From an uncultured Planctomycetaceae bacterium (GTDB lineage Bacteria; Planctomycetota; Planctomycetia; Planctomycetales; Planctomycetaceae), in contig CAWAVN010000015.1 of NCBI GenBank assembly GCA_963785505.1, forward strand, positions 82,918-146,917: a stretch of 64,000 nt of DNA, given 5' to 3'. Both the position numbers and the translations under genes were made by a program. Under the pieces are notes generated by a model. The model did not search any database, was not told the DNA's origin, and saw nothing but the letters and a program-made list of their open reading frames with translations. Shown here piece after piece: positions 32,580-43,361 of this stretch (positions within the stretch are counted from its first letter, which is position 1; the number at the start of each line of letters is the position of its first letter).

Positions 32580-33437
32580 TCAGTTGTTTTCGGCGTTGGA
32601 TGCGGATGCTTTAGTTACGCCGTCTTCGTTTTGCTCGGCCTTCAGTTTATTCAAATAGGCCAGAAAGTCTTCCCTTGTCTGGGCTTGGATGCGTGCCCCC
32701 ATTTTGTAGTGGCCCCAGCCGCAAAGCTCGGCACACAAGAGTTCGTACTCACCGGCTTTGGTGACTTCAAAAAAGATGGGAATGACCAAGCCCGGCACGG
32801 CATCTTGCTTCACGCGCAGCCGGGGTGCAAAAAACGCATGCTGCACGTCGGCGGATCTTAAATGGATGACTGTCGGCTCGTTGGAAATCACGTGCAAATC
32901 GTTCACGGTGTAAAGGTCATCCGCTTTCGGGTTTTCCAGCCAGTCTTTTACCTCGGCATCGTTCTTGAAATGGCGGCCGGGGTCGGGGTAGCGAATCCGC
33001 CACTCGAACTGCCGGGCCGTGACTTCAGCGATTGGGGCAATCACGGCTTTTTCGGGGTACGTGCTTTTCACGCGGTAATCGGCCCAGGTATCCATCTGAT
33101 AGAGCGAGATGAACAACAACACGCCGGACGGCACGATGGTCCAAATCACTTCCAGGTTATGGCTGCCGTGACTGTACCAGGCGTTGTTCTCGTCCCGCCC
33201 GCTCGCCCCGCGGAAGAGGACGTACCCTAGGCCGATTTGCGTTCCGATAAACACCACGGTGGTGATAATCAGAATCAGGTAGAACAGATTGTCGATCCGC
33301 TCGCCGATGGGAGAGAAGGCTCCATCGTAGCCGGTGGCATCTTTGGGGAACCACCAATTCGCTTCGGGCGCGTACATACAGGCCGCGACCGCTAGAATGG
33401 GCCAAAAGATAAAGAAGAAACACCAGAACTTTTTCAC
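32580..33437 (-). CDS. coxB: Cytochrome c oxidase subunit II (CuA)
   Basis: 285-aa ORF with two N-terminal TM segments. CuA ligands: SADVQHAFFAP...CAELCGWGHYKM. Confidence 0.92.
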   Translation of the reverse strand: MKKFWCFFFIFWPILAVAACMYAPEANWWFPKDATGYDGAFSPIGERIDNLFYLILIITTVVFIGTQIGLGYVLFRGASGRDENNAWYSHGSHNLEVIWTIVPSGVLLFISLYQMDTWADYRVKSTYPEKAVIAPIAEVTARQFEWRIRYPDPGRHFKNDAEVKDWLENPKADDLYTVNDLHVISNEPTVIHLRSADVQHAFFAPRLRVKQDAVPGLVIPIFFEVTKAGEYELLCAELCGWGHYKMGARIQAQTREDFLAYLNKLKAEQNEDGVTKASASNAENN

Positions 33438-33512
33438 TTGGGCATCTCCTAAATTCCCCCGCCAAATCGACCGGGCGGAATGAAGACCTGAAAAGGGTTT
33501 TGTCGTAGGTTT

Positions 33513-35267
33513 TTACTCGGCGTTTTTGGCGGAGTCATTTTCCGTCTGAGCCAGCTTCGGTTTATCCGGTTTGGAAGCCTTCGCCATTTGCGAGAGCTTG
33601 GTGGTTTGCTTGGGAACCGGGCCATCAATCGGAATCGACATTACGTAATCGACTAGATCCCAAATCTCCCCATCCTTGAAGGTCGGCGAAGCCGGCATCG
33701 GCGTGCCGGGAATGCCGCCGTGAATTCTCCGATAAATGTCCAGCGGGCGACGGCCTCCGCGATAAATTCCCGTGTTCAAATTGCGGGGCGAAATCGGTTG
33801 GCCCCACGCATCGAAGAAGCCCGGCTCCGAAAAAAATCCGCCATTGATGGGATCTTGTTGATAGGCTCGCGTGTTGGCTCCGTTCCCCTCGGCGGTCTCA
33901 CCGTGGCAGACCGCGCACTTGCCCAAGAATAGCTGTCGGCCCCGCGCAACAGATTCCTCGCTCGCGGGAGGTTTAGGAAGCTTGGGATAAATGACGCTGG
34001 CCGCTAAGTCGGCCTCTCGCCAAGTTCTCACAAACGTATCCGTGCTGCCGTCGAGGCTTTCGGGAAGTTCTTCTTCAATTAAAGTTTTAAGATCCTTGTC
34101 AATCTCGGCTCGCACCGAATCCGCCGTGACAGGCGTTTCGTCCTCGTTGATCCTCTTGGCTTTGAGGTCATCTTGATAAGTCCGCACCTGTCGGCGGATT
34201 TCCTCGGCCACGCGCTTTGTTGTGGAACTCATTCAAAATGACGTTCAACTGAATTTCGTACTCGCCCCGCATACTCAGCCAGCGGACGTATTCAATAATG
34301 TTTTTGACTTCGTGATCTTTCAGCATCGCGAAGGAGGGCATGTACGTTCCGGGGATGCCGAGCCTGAGAGTGCGGGTCAGGTCGTCCCGCGAGGGGCGTT
34401 TTACGGCGTCCGTGGTCGAGATGAACTTGAAAATCCCCTGCCGATAATCCCTGGGCAGCGGGCTGAGGTATTTTGCCGTGGGGCCGTTGCCATCGCCGGT
34501 CACGCCGTGGCAGTGCATGCAGTGGTGCATGTAAAGTTCTCGGCCCGAACGCATCGTGCGTCCGAAGTCCAGCATGACGCGGTTGTTGACCAAATCGACA
34601 GGGCTTTCTTCGTCCTTATCCTCGAAGGTGATGTGAAGCGGGTTGATGGTCACCCAACCCGTTTCCGCATCGAGATTCGTGATCTTGGCCGAGACCTGCT
34701 GCTCCCCCAACCGTCCACTGATGAAGATGAGCTCTTTGCCGATCAGTTCTTGGGCCGTCTCTTGATCCACTGGGGAGATCGTGCCCGGATGAAAGAGCTT
34801 CACCTCATCTTCGTTGAGGTCGAGGTTGCCCAACTCAGCAGGATTCAAAAACCCGTCTTTGTCCGCATCGGCAGCCTCGAATTTTTCCCGGGTGATGGCG
34901 GCTTGCAATTCAGCGGGGAACTCCGACATCGCCAGCAGGCCGTCCATGTTGCCATCATATTCCGCGATCATAGCGGGAACTTGAAAATCCACGCGCAATG
35001 CAGTGATGTATTGATTGTCGTCGTCGGAGTATGCCACCTCTTTGACCGTTCCCGACACTCCGCCGAAGTGAATGGGCAAACGTTGCCAAGCCACCATTTT
35101 GGCGGGCGTGCCGAAGTGATCTTGAAGATAAGTTTTTGCGGTTTTTTGGGCGGCGGGCAGAAGTTCTTGGGTGCGTTCGCTCCACGAAAACTCCGCTTCC
35201 GTGCACCGCACCCGGACAACAGCAACAACAAGCCCGCAAAGGCTGCAATTCCAAAGGGGATTCTCAT
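33513..35267 (-). CDS. Dihaem c-type cytochrome lipoprotein with an EF-hand pair; probably one gene with two frame breaks (~35205, ~34225)
   Basis: The ATG at 35267 gives the lipobox MRIPFGIAAFAGLLLLLSGC, then shifts into ORF 34168..35211 (haem site CMHCH). That ORF overlaps ORF 33513..34232 (haem site CAVCH) by 65 nt. The reading ...QLNVILNEF/TTKRVAEEIRRQV... is continuous after a 1-nt correction. Confidence 0.75.
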
Positions 35268-35280
35268 CGAGATTCCTCTA

Positions 35281-36231
35281 CTAATTCTTATTAAGTTGAT
35301 TTAAACGAATTGTGATCTCACCCAAATCCTTGGTCTCATCGGCTACGACATCGACCTTGTAGCCCCGAATTTTATTCCCTTTTTCGTGCCAAATTGTGAA
35401 CTCGTGCTTTCCGGAAGGCAGGTCCGAAATTGTGAAGTTGCCGTCCGCATCGGTCACGGCGGCATAAGGGTGGTCCAAAGGCAACTGATAGCCCGACATC
35501 CAACCGTGCGTGGCGCAGGATATGGGCACGGGGTATTTTTCCGGGGATTTGAACGGCATGACTTCAACCGGTTCCCCTTCTCCGCCCGGAGGAGCCGGAG
35601 GAATTTGCTCGTTGAAGCTTCCGCTTTTCAGCGAAGTGCCCTTGTAGCTATGCACGACAGCATCCTGGCTTTGGGCCAAGAATTTCTGCCCCGCCTTAAC
35701 AATCATTGCATGTGGGACATAAGTACAATTCTTCTGATCCAAGGCTAAGGCCAGCTTCTCGCCGGTTTTGTCGGCGGTCGGCCAGGAGGTGGATTGGCTG
35801 GCGATCTCGGCTTTTCCACCATCGGGTTTCTTCTCCAGGTAGAAGAACACGTTTTTCAAACCCAACCCTTGAGGGTTGACGATTAACGATTCATTGAAAA
35901 TCGGGGTGGACCTGGCACAAACTGTGGGATCGACCGGCGCTTTACCCACGTCGAATTTCACGACGGTTGGCGGAGGCACGTTGGATTTATCAGCCGGGTC
36001 GATCACGATTCGCCCTTTGATACTCCCAAACCCGGCTTTAGCGGTGGGCTGATTTCCGCCGGCTGGCGCATTTGCAACGACCGAATTGCTCCCGCCGCTT
36101 TTGGAGGCTTCTTTGCTGGGCTTCAAAGTCACCTTCGTGGGGTCATCTTTCCCACCGCCGCATCCGGCAACGAACAACAATCCGGTGATGACGGCAATCA
36201 ACGGTGATTGCCTCAATCGGTATTTCTTCAT
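35281..36231 (-). CDS. Cupredoxin-like (type-1 copper) lipoprotein with a C-terminal beta-sandwich
   Basis: Lipobox LLFVAGC. Candidate T1Cu ligands are VVHSY...SCATHGWM, with C-x2-H-x2-M spacing as in amicyanin. The C-terminus DADGNFTISDLPSGKHEFTIWHE resembles a carboxypeptidase-regulatory-like fold. Confidence 0.75.
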   Translation of the reverse strand: MKKYRLRQSPLIAVITGLLFVAGCGGGKDDPTKVTLKPSKEASKSGGSNSVVANAPAGGNQPTAKAGFGSIKGRIVIDPADKSNVPPPTVVKFDVGKAPVDPTVCARSTPIFNESLIVNPQGLGLKNVFFYLEKKPDGGKAEIASQSTSWPTADKTGEKLALALDQKNCTYVPHAMIVKAGQKFLAQSQDAVVHSYKGTSLKSGSFNEQIPPAPPGGEGEPVEVMPFKSPEKYPVPISCATHGWMSGYQLPLDHPYAAVTDADGNFTISDLPSGKHEFTIWHEKGNKIRGYKVDVVADETKDLGEITIRLNQLNKN

Positions 36232-36249
36232 CGGTGTTTCTCTCCTGAG

Positions 36250-39200
36250 TTATTCTTGTTTCGCAGCCGCTGTGGGTTCGGCGGCGGGCGGTGGTGGGGC
36301 TTCGATTTTGCCTTGGCTTTGCAGTAGCTGATTGTAGTTCAACATTGCATCTCGCAAAGCACGCACTTGGGTGTCGGCGTCTTCCTGCTTGCCTATCTTG
36401 AAATAGCCCTTCAAGGGATCGCCGGTCGGCCCGATCATCGCTGTGTACGGCAGAACCCATCGCGGGCTTTGCAACCAGGCTTCCAAAAACTCGGGACGAA
36501 ACCGGTCGGCCAGGCGCGTGGTCAGATCGGGACCATGCGTGACCTGCTTGGGATCTTGCACCTTGAACTCATCCCCCGCGACGGAATGGCATTTCCGGCA
36601 AGCGGCGAATTTTCCCAGCAACTTCCAAGAGTGGGCCAGATAGTCCGGTTGCGCTTTGGCCTCTTCCGGGAACTTCTCGCGATATTCGCGGTTTTCCTTC
36701 GCGATGTAGGTGGGCTTGGTTTGCGGAATGTCTTGGTACGGATATTCCGCTTGCTTCACGGCGGCGAAATAATTGGCGAGCGAAAGCGCCTCCGCATCAC
36801 TCATGTTGAAGCGGGGCATGCGAAGCACGGTTTCGTGGCGAATTCGCTCTGGGTTTTTGAGAAATTGGTAGAGCCAAGGCGTTTGGACTTTCAAGCCTTC
36901 CATGTCCAACGGCGGCGGCGAGGATTGCCTGGCTTTGTTAATTTGATCGAGCTTTCCACCGGATAGCCTTTCGACAAGCCATTCGGTGAACACGCCGCCG
37001 CGACCCCGGTTCATTTCCACAACGTCCGCGGGGCTAAACAGCATTCTGCTGGTAGGCAGCAAAATCCGCCCGCCCACGCTCAAAGTGTCCCACAGGTCGT
37101 AAGCGTATTGTTCTGCATCTTCGCTATAAATGCCCATTCCATGAAAATGAAGTACGGGATCGCCATTCTTCGCGACTTGTTTGGTTTCCCCGCTTTGCGG
37201 CGGTTTGACTTTGAACAAGGCCAAAACCCCGCCGGGCAACATTCCCGACTTAGGATTTTTGAGGGGGGCCACATCGACCAATAAGGTTTCAGGGTGGTTG
37301 CCGAACCATTTTTGCAGATTCGCCCGATAACGGTTTTCGGTTTCGATTTTGGACAGCTTGCGTTGGGAATTGGTTGCAGTCACGCTGGCGAGGTTCGCGA
37401 TCCCCCGCACATCGATATCCTCTTTGAACACCACGCACAACTCTTGGATTTTCGTGATCTCGTCGGGATAGGCCGTTAAACTGCCGTCGATCAGTTTTTC
37501 GTGGTTCTCTACGAACCACTCGATGATTTGATCGAGCGTCATCTCGACGCCTGACACGTCTGCGTAGGTGGCCGCGAGTGTTTTGGGATGCTCGTCGAAC
37601 CACCCGTTGAGATAGCTTTTCAAGTCAGCTTTTTCGGTTCCCGCTGCTTTCGTCGCTTGTTTTGCCAAGCCTTGCAGACTGGTTCCCGCGTGCTTGAGCA
37701 GTTGATCGTCGAGCTGCCGATAGTAGGGTTCGTAAGCAGCCCGCCTGAGCTTGCCTCCGCAAGTTTATCCCGGTTCTCGATCAACCAGTCCACAACATCT
37801 TCACGTGATTCGCGGGGTTTGACGGTTTGGTAAACCTCCGGTAGTTCGACCATGTGGCAACTGGTGCAATTGTATTTGTGCAGCAGAGCTTCGCCTTCGT
37901 AACGGGCTTGGGTTGGGCCTTGGGGATGGAATAGATATTTCTCGGCGGGCGGCTCGGCGGTGAGGCCCAACACAAACGTGGCCACGGCTTCGATTTGATC
38001 GCTCTGGAACGGGAATCGCGGCATTTTGAGCCGTTCATCGTAGCGTTTGGTGTCGATCTTTTCGTAATCGTAGCTTCGCGGTTGACGAAGTTTTTGCCAG
38101 AGAAAACCGGGGCGACCATGATGCAGAATGCTGTCGTAAAAGAACGCCTTGGTCATGCCCGCTTCGGCTTCTTCCTCGGTCTTGAACTCCTCGGAGTTTC
38201 CGCGTTTCATCGCCTGATCGACTTGCTCGGTCAGAGGCGTGTCCGCATCGGGCGTGTTGTGGTGGCTCAAAAATTCGGTGATGTGCTCGTAAGCCAACCG
38301 GCTGGTGTCTTTGCGGCCCCAATCTTGCAAAGCCACGCCGATGGGTTTGGCGGCTTCAAAGCCGGGAATGTCGTGGCAACCGTAGCAACCGTATTGCGAA
38401 ATCGTGCGACGGCCTAAGTAGTTCAACTTCATCGCCTGCCATTCGGCATCGCTGGGCGTAGCGCCTTCCTTGTGGGTCAACTCGATTTCATCGCCTTTAA
38501 TCTGATCCGGCTTGTAGGGATAAACCCGCGTTTCTGCCAACTCTTTGCGTTGGGGGGCCGTCAAAACCTGAGCGAGATTGAGTTCGACCAGCCTGTCCAA
38601 ATTGCTGGTGACAGTCGCCTCGCTCCCGGCGTTTTCCAGGCGAGTTTTCAAGGCTTCGGCTTCTTCATGGGACAAATCGGCCCGAATGGCGCGGGGAAGA
38701 TGATCGAGCATCTCCCCGACTTCACCCGCGTTCAAGCCGGTCGCCTTTTGAACCACGGCTTGGACCGCATCGCGGTCTTCGCCCACTTTGTCGAGAACCA
38801 CATCAAATTTATCGAGAGCGAAAGTTTTGTAGTCCGCGGGGTTCTTGTCGCGTTCTTGCAGCAAAAACGCGGCGATGTCGGCGGCAGGATCAATCGCTTC
38901 CTTGCCTTTTTCGGCGGGTTCAGGGTCGATGAACAAGTTCGGCATCTTGGTGCGTTTGCTGTAGCGATGCGGATCGCGAATCCAGGAATACACCCACTGG
39001 AAGCCCTCGGCTCCGGGCTTCACTTTGGCGAAGACCTTGTCCAAATTCGGGCCGAAATCCATCTTCGATTTGGGAAAATCCTTGTGGGAATGGCACGCCA
39101 AGCAACCGCGTTCTGCGAACAGTTTTTGGCCGCGTTCGGCATCGGGCTTGTAATCTTTGGGGGGAGAAAGCAATTCCAGCGGCTGGGATTTCTCTAACAG

Positions 39201-40400
39201 GAAGTGGCTAATTGCCGCCACTTGCACGGGCTGGTAAGCCTTGGCCAATTCATCTTCTTGGTTGGTCAGATGGAAAAACTGCGGCATGCGGGTTGTGGGC
39301 CGAAAGTTCTTTGGCTTGTTGATCCAATCTTCCAACCAGCCCGCGGTGGTTTTCTTATCCACGTAGCGAAGAGCCGGGCCGACTTTGCGGTATTTGCCGG
39401 GGTTTTCCACATCCTTCAATTCACCAGCCAAGGCGTGAACCCGCGAGTCAAACAAGGGTTTTGCCAGCCCTTTGTCTGCAAGCACCAATTGTTCCAACTC
39501 TTGCCGTTCTTCCGGTGTATCGGCAGGGTCATCCGCCACCCGATCGGCCAAGGCTTGAATTTGCTTGAGCCTGTCCGCTCCATCGGGAGATTTCTCTTTG
39601 GCTTCGACAGCAGCGGCGGCAATCGCCTGGGCAACGGCGAAGTGGTTGGGCTCCAAACGCAAATCCGGCCCCAGTGATTTCTGGCCATCTTTGCCGTGCA
39701 TTTCGTGGCAGCCGAAGCAACCGTATTGTTGAATCGTATGAAATCCTTTGACCACTTTCGGCGCACTGTTGCCGAACTTGGGGCTGGTTTCCAATTCCAC
39801 CACATCGTGATGGCATTTCAGGCAGGTGGATTCCCGGAAGCGTTCCGGCTGCATCGCGTATTCCCAAAAGTGATTGGGATGGTAATGGTATTTCTCCGCC
39901 CAATGCTCGTTTTCGATGGGATCGTTCGGCGTGTGCGAGGCATTGCCGAACGATGTGCCGGAGCCTTGCCCATCGTGGCAAATCGTGCAGCCAAAGTTCC
40001 CCGTGGGATGCGGACTGGTCGAAGTCAGGTACAAATCGGGATTGGGGTGCGTCGAATACGGGTGCGGGTATTTGCTCTCTTTCACCCATTTCTTAACTTC
40101 CGTTTCACTCGGATCATCATCCGGCACCAGCGCGGCATCGTGCGGAAAGGTAGGGATGTTGCCCGCTTCCACGCGGTCGATGCCCAAATGGCAGGTTTTG
40201 CAGCGGTCGAAGCGGGCGGTCGAGGCCATGCCCAGCGTAATCTTCAAATCGGGCAGCCAAATCTGATCGACTTTATGCGGAGAATTGAAGCCATCAATAA
40301 TCGGCAACTGCATAAAGTCGCGTTTGAAGTAGGCCAGAGTTCCCGGCTCCGGGGCGATTTTATCCTTGGCTTTGTTCAGCCGCTCGACTTCTTTTTCCAC
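36250..40400 (-). CDS. Multihaem (8 x CxxCH) c-type cytochrome; one frame break near 37750
   Basis: ORF 37620..40400 carries CKTCH, CTICH, CLKCH, CFGCH, CLACH, CYGCH and CTSCH. ORF 36250..37668 carries CRKCH. The two overlap by 49 nt, and a 1-nt correction gives the continuous reading ...DWLIENRDKLAEA/LRRAAYEPYYRQLDDQLLKHAGTSLQGLAKQATKAAG... Confidence 0.85.
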
Positions 40401-40543
40401 CGCCGCCAGTTCCGTTTGAATGGCGATGCACTCGATCCTTCATCTCCTGTTGTTTTTGCTTGGCCTGATTGAGTTGCGTGGTCAGTGTCTGAACTTTCAG
40501 TTCTTGCTCATCGACGGCAGCCTGTCTCTTTTCGAAACTCTAG

Positions 40544-40966
40544 TCAACCTGCTTTAGCCAATTCGGATTTTTCATCGCGGATGGCAAGATCGTAGTCGGC
40601 CCGTGCTTTGTCGCGGTACGCCCTCTTCGTGCGCAAGTCCCGAGAGGCTTTGTCGAATTGCAGTTGGGCTTCCTTAATGTCATCTTCGACATCGCCTTTA
40701 TTGTCTTCGTATTTGGCGGTCGCTTCCTTAAGTTGTTTCTTTAACTCTTTTTTCTTGTCTTCATAGGCGGAGTTGGCGTCCAATTCGATCAGCCGACGAA
40801 TACGCAGGTCTTCAATCTTGTCGAACGTACTCTGGTATTCATGCCATTCGCCGGCATGGTCTTTCCACATCATCCACAACGTCACGGCAAGCAATCCGAT
40901 CGCGCTCAAGACGAACACGACGTGCATTTTTTTCAGGTTTCGCCAGTAGCTGTCGTTTGCCGGCAT
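40544..40966 (-). CDS. TM-anchored coiled-coil protein, probably the N-terminus of the multihaem cytochrome
   Basis: 140-aa ORF with TM segment MHVVFVLSAIGLLAVTLWMMW followed by heptad-like charged sequence. The 143-nt gap to ORF 37620..40400 still encodes coiled coil in other frames (SFEKRQAAVDEQELKVQTLTTQLNQAKQKQQEMKD; IECIAIQTELAAVEKEVERL). Confidence 0.65.
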   Translation of the reverse strand: MPANDSYWRNLKKMHVVFVLSAIGLLAVTLWMMWKDHAGEWHEYQSTFDKIEDLRIRRLIELDANSAYEDKKKELKKQLKEATAKYEDNKGDVEDDIKEAQLQFDKASRDLRTKRAYRDKARADYDLAIRDEKSELAKAG

Positions 40967-41051
40967 GGCTTATCGAATCCTGTCCTGGAGTGGGATAATC
41001 AACGAGGGACGAATCGGCCCCGAGCGGGCCACGCTTCCGAGAATCCCGTTC

Positions 41052-42431
41052 TCAGATGTTAAAAAAGTATTCTGGAATGGCCACGATATATTTGAGGTTC
41101 AGCGACCAACGCAGCACCATTTTGATGGGCAACGCCGCCATCAACAAAACCAAATTGACGAAGACCATGTATCTAATGAACCCCATGTGTTGGAACATCT
41201 TGCGGAAGATCGTCGCGGCCAACAACGGCGGCAACACGAGCAAATACAGCAAGACGGCGATGAAGCCTGGCGCTTCGCGAATAAAGATGTTGGCAGGCAA
41301 AGGCTTATCCAAGAGGTTCAACCACACGAGTTCCGAGAGATTGACGTTGTTGAGCACTTCCAGCTTGTGAACGTCCCAAAACTCGAACAGCCCGAAGATG
41401 TTCCAGTTCGGGCCCCGCAGAAACGTGCCCAGCACAATCATCGCGCACCACAAGGGCAAGAAGCCGAACAAAAACACAGAGACCGCAAACCAGCGCTCTT
41501 TGAAGGTGTAATATCCGTTGCCTTTTTTGTTGAAATCGATGTAGGGAATCGCCATCAATCCCACGAGAATCACGCTGGGAAACACGACCCCCGCCAACCA
41601 GGGATCGTAATACACCAGCATTTCTTGCAACCCCAAGAAATACCACGGGGCTTTGGAGGGGTTCGGCGTTTTCACGGCAGAGGCGGGTTCTTCCAAGGGG
41701 GCTTGCAGCGCGATTCCCCAGGCCACCAGAATCACCGTCAACACGATCATGCAGATCAGTTCGGTGTAGACCAAGTCCGGCCAAACGAGAATTTTCTCGT
41801 CCCCGCCGTTGTCTTTTTCGCGAAGAGGCAGCGATCTTGCGGTGCGGCGGTCATTGTCTCCCGCCCGCGTGAAGTAGATCCAAGTGAAGAACGCCACGAT
41901 GAACAACATTGAGACAATCGGCACGTTGTCCGGCTTACCCACGATTTGACGGAAGTCCCAATCGGTCATCGCCAAGGCCATGAAGACCAGCGAGATGTTG
42001 AGCAGAATCCAAGAAACATCCGGCTTGGTCCACCAATCGCGGAGCCAAATCATCAGTGAAAACAGCACCAGGGACAGCACGAAATACGAAACCGGGTTGG
42101 CCACCACGCCGTCCGCCGCCAACTTGAACCATTCGGGCAAGCGAAGCACGAAAGTATCGGGACTGCCCGCCCCAGTGAAGTGGGCCAACGAAATCATGCT
42201 GAGCAAAGCGGCATAGAGCGCCCAGAATCCGGCGGTGGGCACATCCTGGCCCTCATCACCCAACATCCCGCCGAGCCGCACGCGCACGTGTTCGTGCAGG
42301 CTGTAGCTTCGCCAAGCCCAGGCGGCGTTCATCAAAAACAACAAGAGATAAAGCCATCCCAAGCCGAGAATGGTTTCCCGAGTCAGATCCGGATGTGCTT
42401 CCAACATAAGCGTTACCCGTCCTAGGATCAC
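41052..42431 (-). CDS. Cytochrome bc-complex membrane subunit (extended cytochrome b C-terminal / subunit IV-like)
   Basis: Polytopic 459-aa ORF containing PSKAPWYFLGLQEMLVYYDPWLAGVVFP, the PEWYF-type motif of the cyt b C-terminal / PetD family. It lies directly downstream of the cyt b N-terminal gene. Confidence 0.8.
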   Translation of the reverse strand: MILGRVTLMLEAHPDLTRETILGLGWLYLLLFLMNAAWAWRSYSLHEHVRVRLGGMLGDEGQDVPTAGFWALYAALLSMISLAHFTGAGSPDTFVLRLPEWFKLAADGVVANPVSYFVLSLVLFSLMIWLRDWWTKPDVSWILLNISLVFMALAMTDWDFRQIVGKPDNVPIVSMLFIVAFFTWIYFTRAGDNDRRTARSLPLREKDNGGDEKILVWPDLVYTELICMIVLTVILVAWGIALQAPLEEPASAVKTPNPSKAPWYFLGLQEMLVYYDPWLAGVVFPSVILVGLMAIPYIDFNKKGNGYYTFKERWFAVSVFLFGFLPLWCAMIVLGTFLRGPNWNIFGLFEFWDVHKLEVLNNVNLSELVWLNLLDKPLPANIFIREAPGFIAVLLYLLVLPPLLAATIFRKMFQHMGFIRYMVFVNLVLLMAALPIKMVLRWSLNLKYIVAIPEYFFNI

Positions 42432-42479
42432 GAATGACCAATGAGACCAAGCACTAATGATCGAGTTTTATTGATAGAC

Positions 42480-43253
42480 TTATAAAGGCTGGCTGATGCC
42501 GCCGTCTTTGCGGACCCGCCAGAAGTGTATTGCGATCAACCCCGCGACCACCAAGGGAATCGCGACGCAGTGCAGAATGTAAAACCGATTGAGCGTGGCT
42601 TCGCCGACGAAGCGTCCGCCCAGTAAAATAAAGCGGGCATCGCTGGCCGAGGTGATTAAATCGAACCCGCCCACGTTCAAAAGCTGCGCTCCTGGCCCTT
42701 CATTGCCGAGAAAAGGCGTGGCGCGGGCCATGTTCGACCCCACCGTGATCGCCCAAATCGCCAATTGATCCCAAGGCAATAAATAGCCGGTAAACGATAA
42801 AAGCAAAGTCAGCACCAACAGCAAAACCCCCACAACCCAGTTAAACTCGCGGGGCGGTTTGTAGCTTCCGGTAAGAAACACCCGGTACATGTGCAGCCAG
42901 ACAGTAATCACCATCGCGTGGGCTCCCCAGCGGTGAATCTCCCGCATGATGCCCAGCGTTTGCACGTCTCTAAGAGCCAGAATATCGTTGAAAGCCCATT
43001 CCAGCGTGGGCCGGTAATAGAACATCAACAACACGCCCGTCAGCGTTTCCACCAGAAACAAAAAGAACGTAATCCCGCCCATGCACCAGGTGTAGGAGAG
43101 CGCGATGCCTTCCTTTTTGATGGAGACGGGATGCAGATGCAGAAAGAAGTTCGTCAGCATCACGATGGAGCGGTTTCGCCGATCCACCGGTGCGGGATGC
43201 CGAAAGATACTCTTCCAAATCTGAGAATTTCGAATGTAATCGCCAACCGCCAT
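42480..43253 (-). CDS. Cytochrome b (b6-like N-terminal four-helix subunit)
   Basis: 257-aa ORF. Haem-ligand helices: FFLHLHP...REIHRWGAHAMVITVWLHMYRVFLTGSYKPPREFNWVVGV...LPWDQLAIWA...RFYILHCVAIP. Confidence 0.92.
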   Translation of the reverse strand: MAVGDYIRNSQIWKSIFRHPAPVDRRNRSIVMLTNFFLHLHPVSIKKEGIALSYTWCMGGITFFLFLVETLTGVLLMFYYRPTLEWAFNDILALRDVQTLGIMREIHRWGAHAMVITVWLHMYRVFLTGSYKPPREFNWVVGVLLLVLTLLLSFTGYLLPWDQLAIWAITVGSNMARATPFLGNEGPGAQLLNVGGFDLITSASDARFILLGGRFVGEATLNRFYILHCVAIPLVVAGLIAIHFWRVRKDGGISQPL

Positions 43254-43361
43254 GGGCCGTTCCTATCCCGCCGAGGTTTCTCAAACTCACTCAACCGTGA
43301 ATACGTTTTATTCGGGAGGGGCGAAGCTCCTGTAGAGCCGCAAGCCACCCGCAATCTTTTG

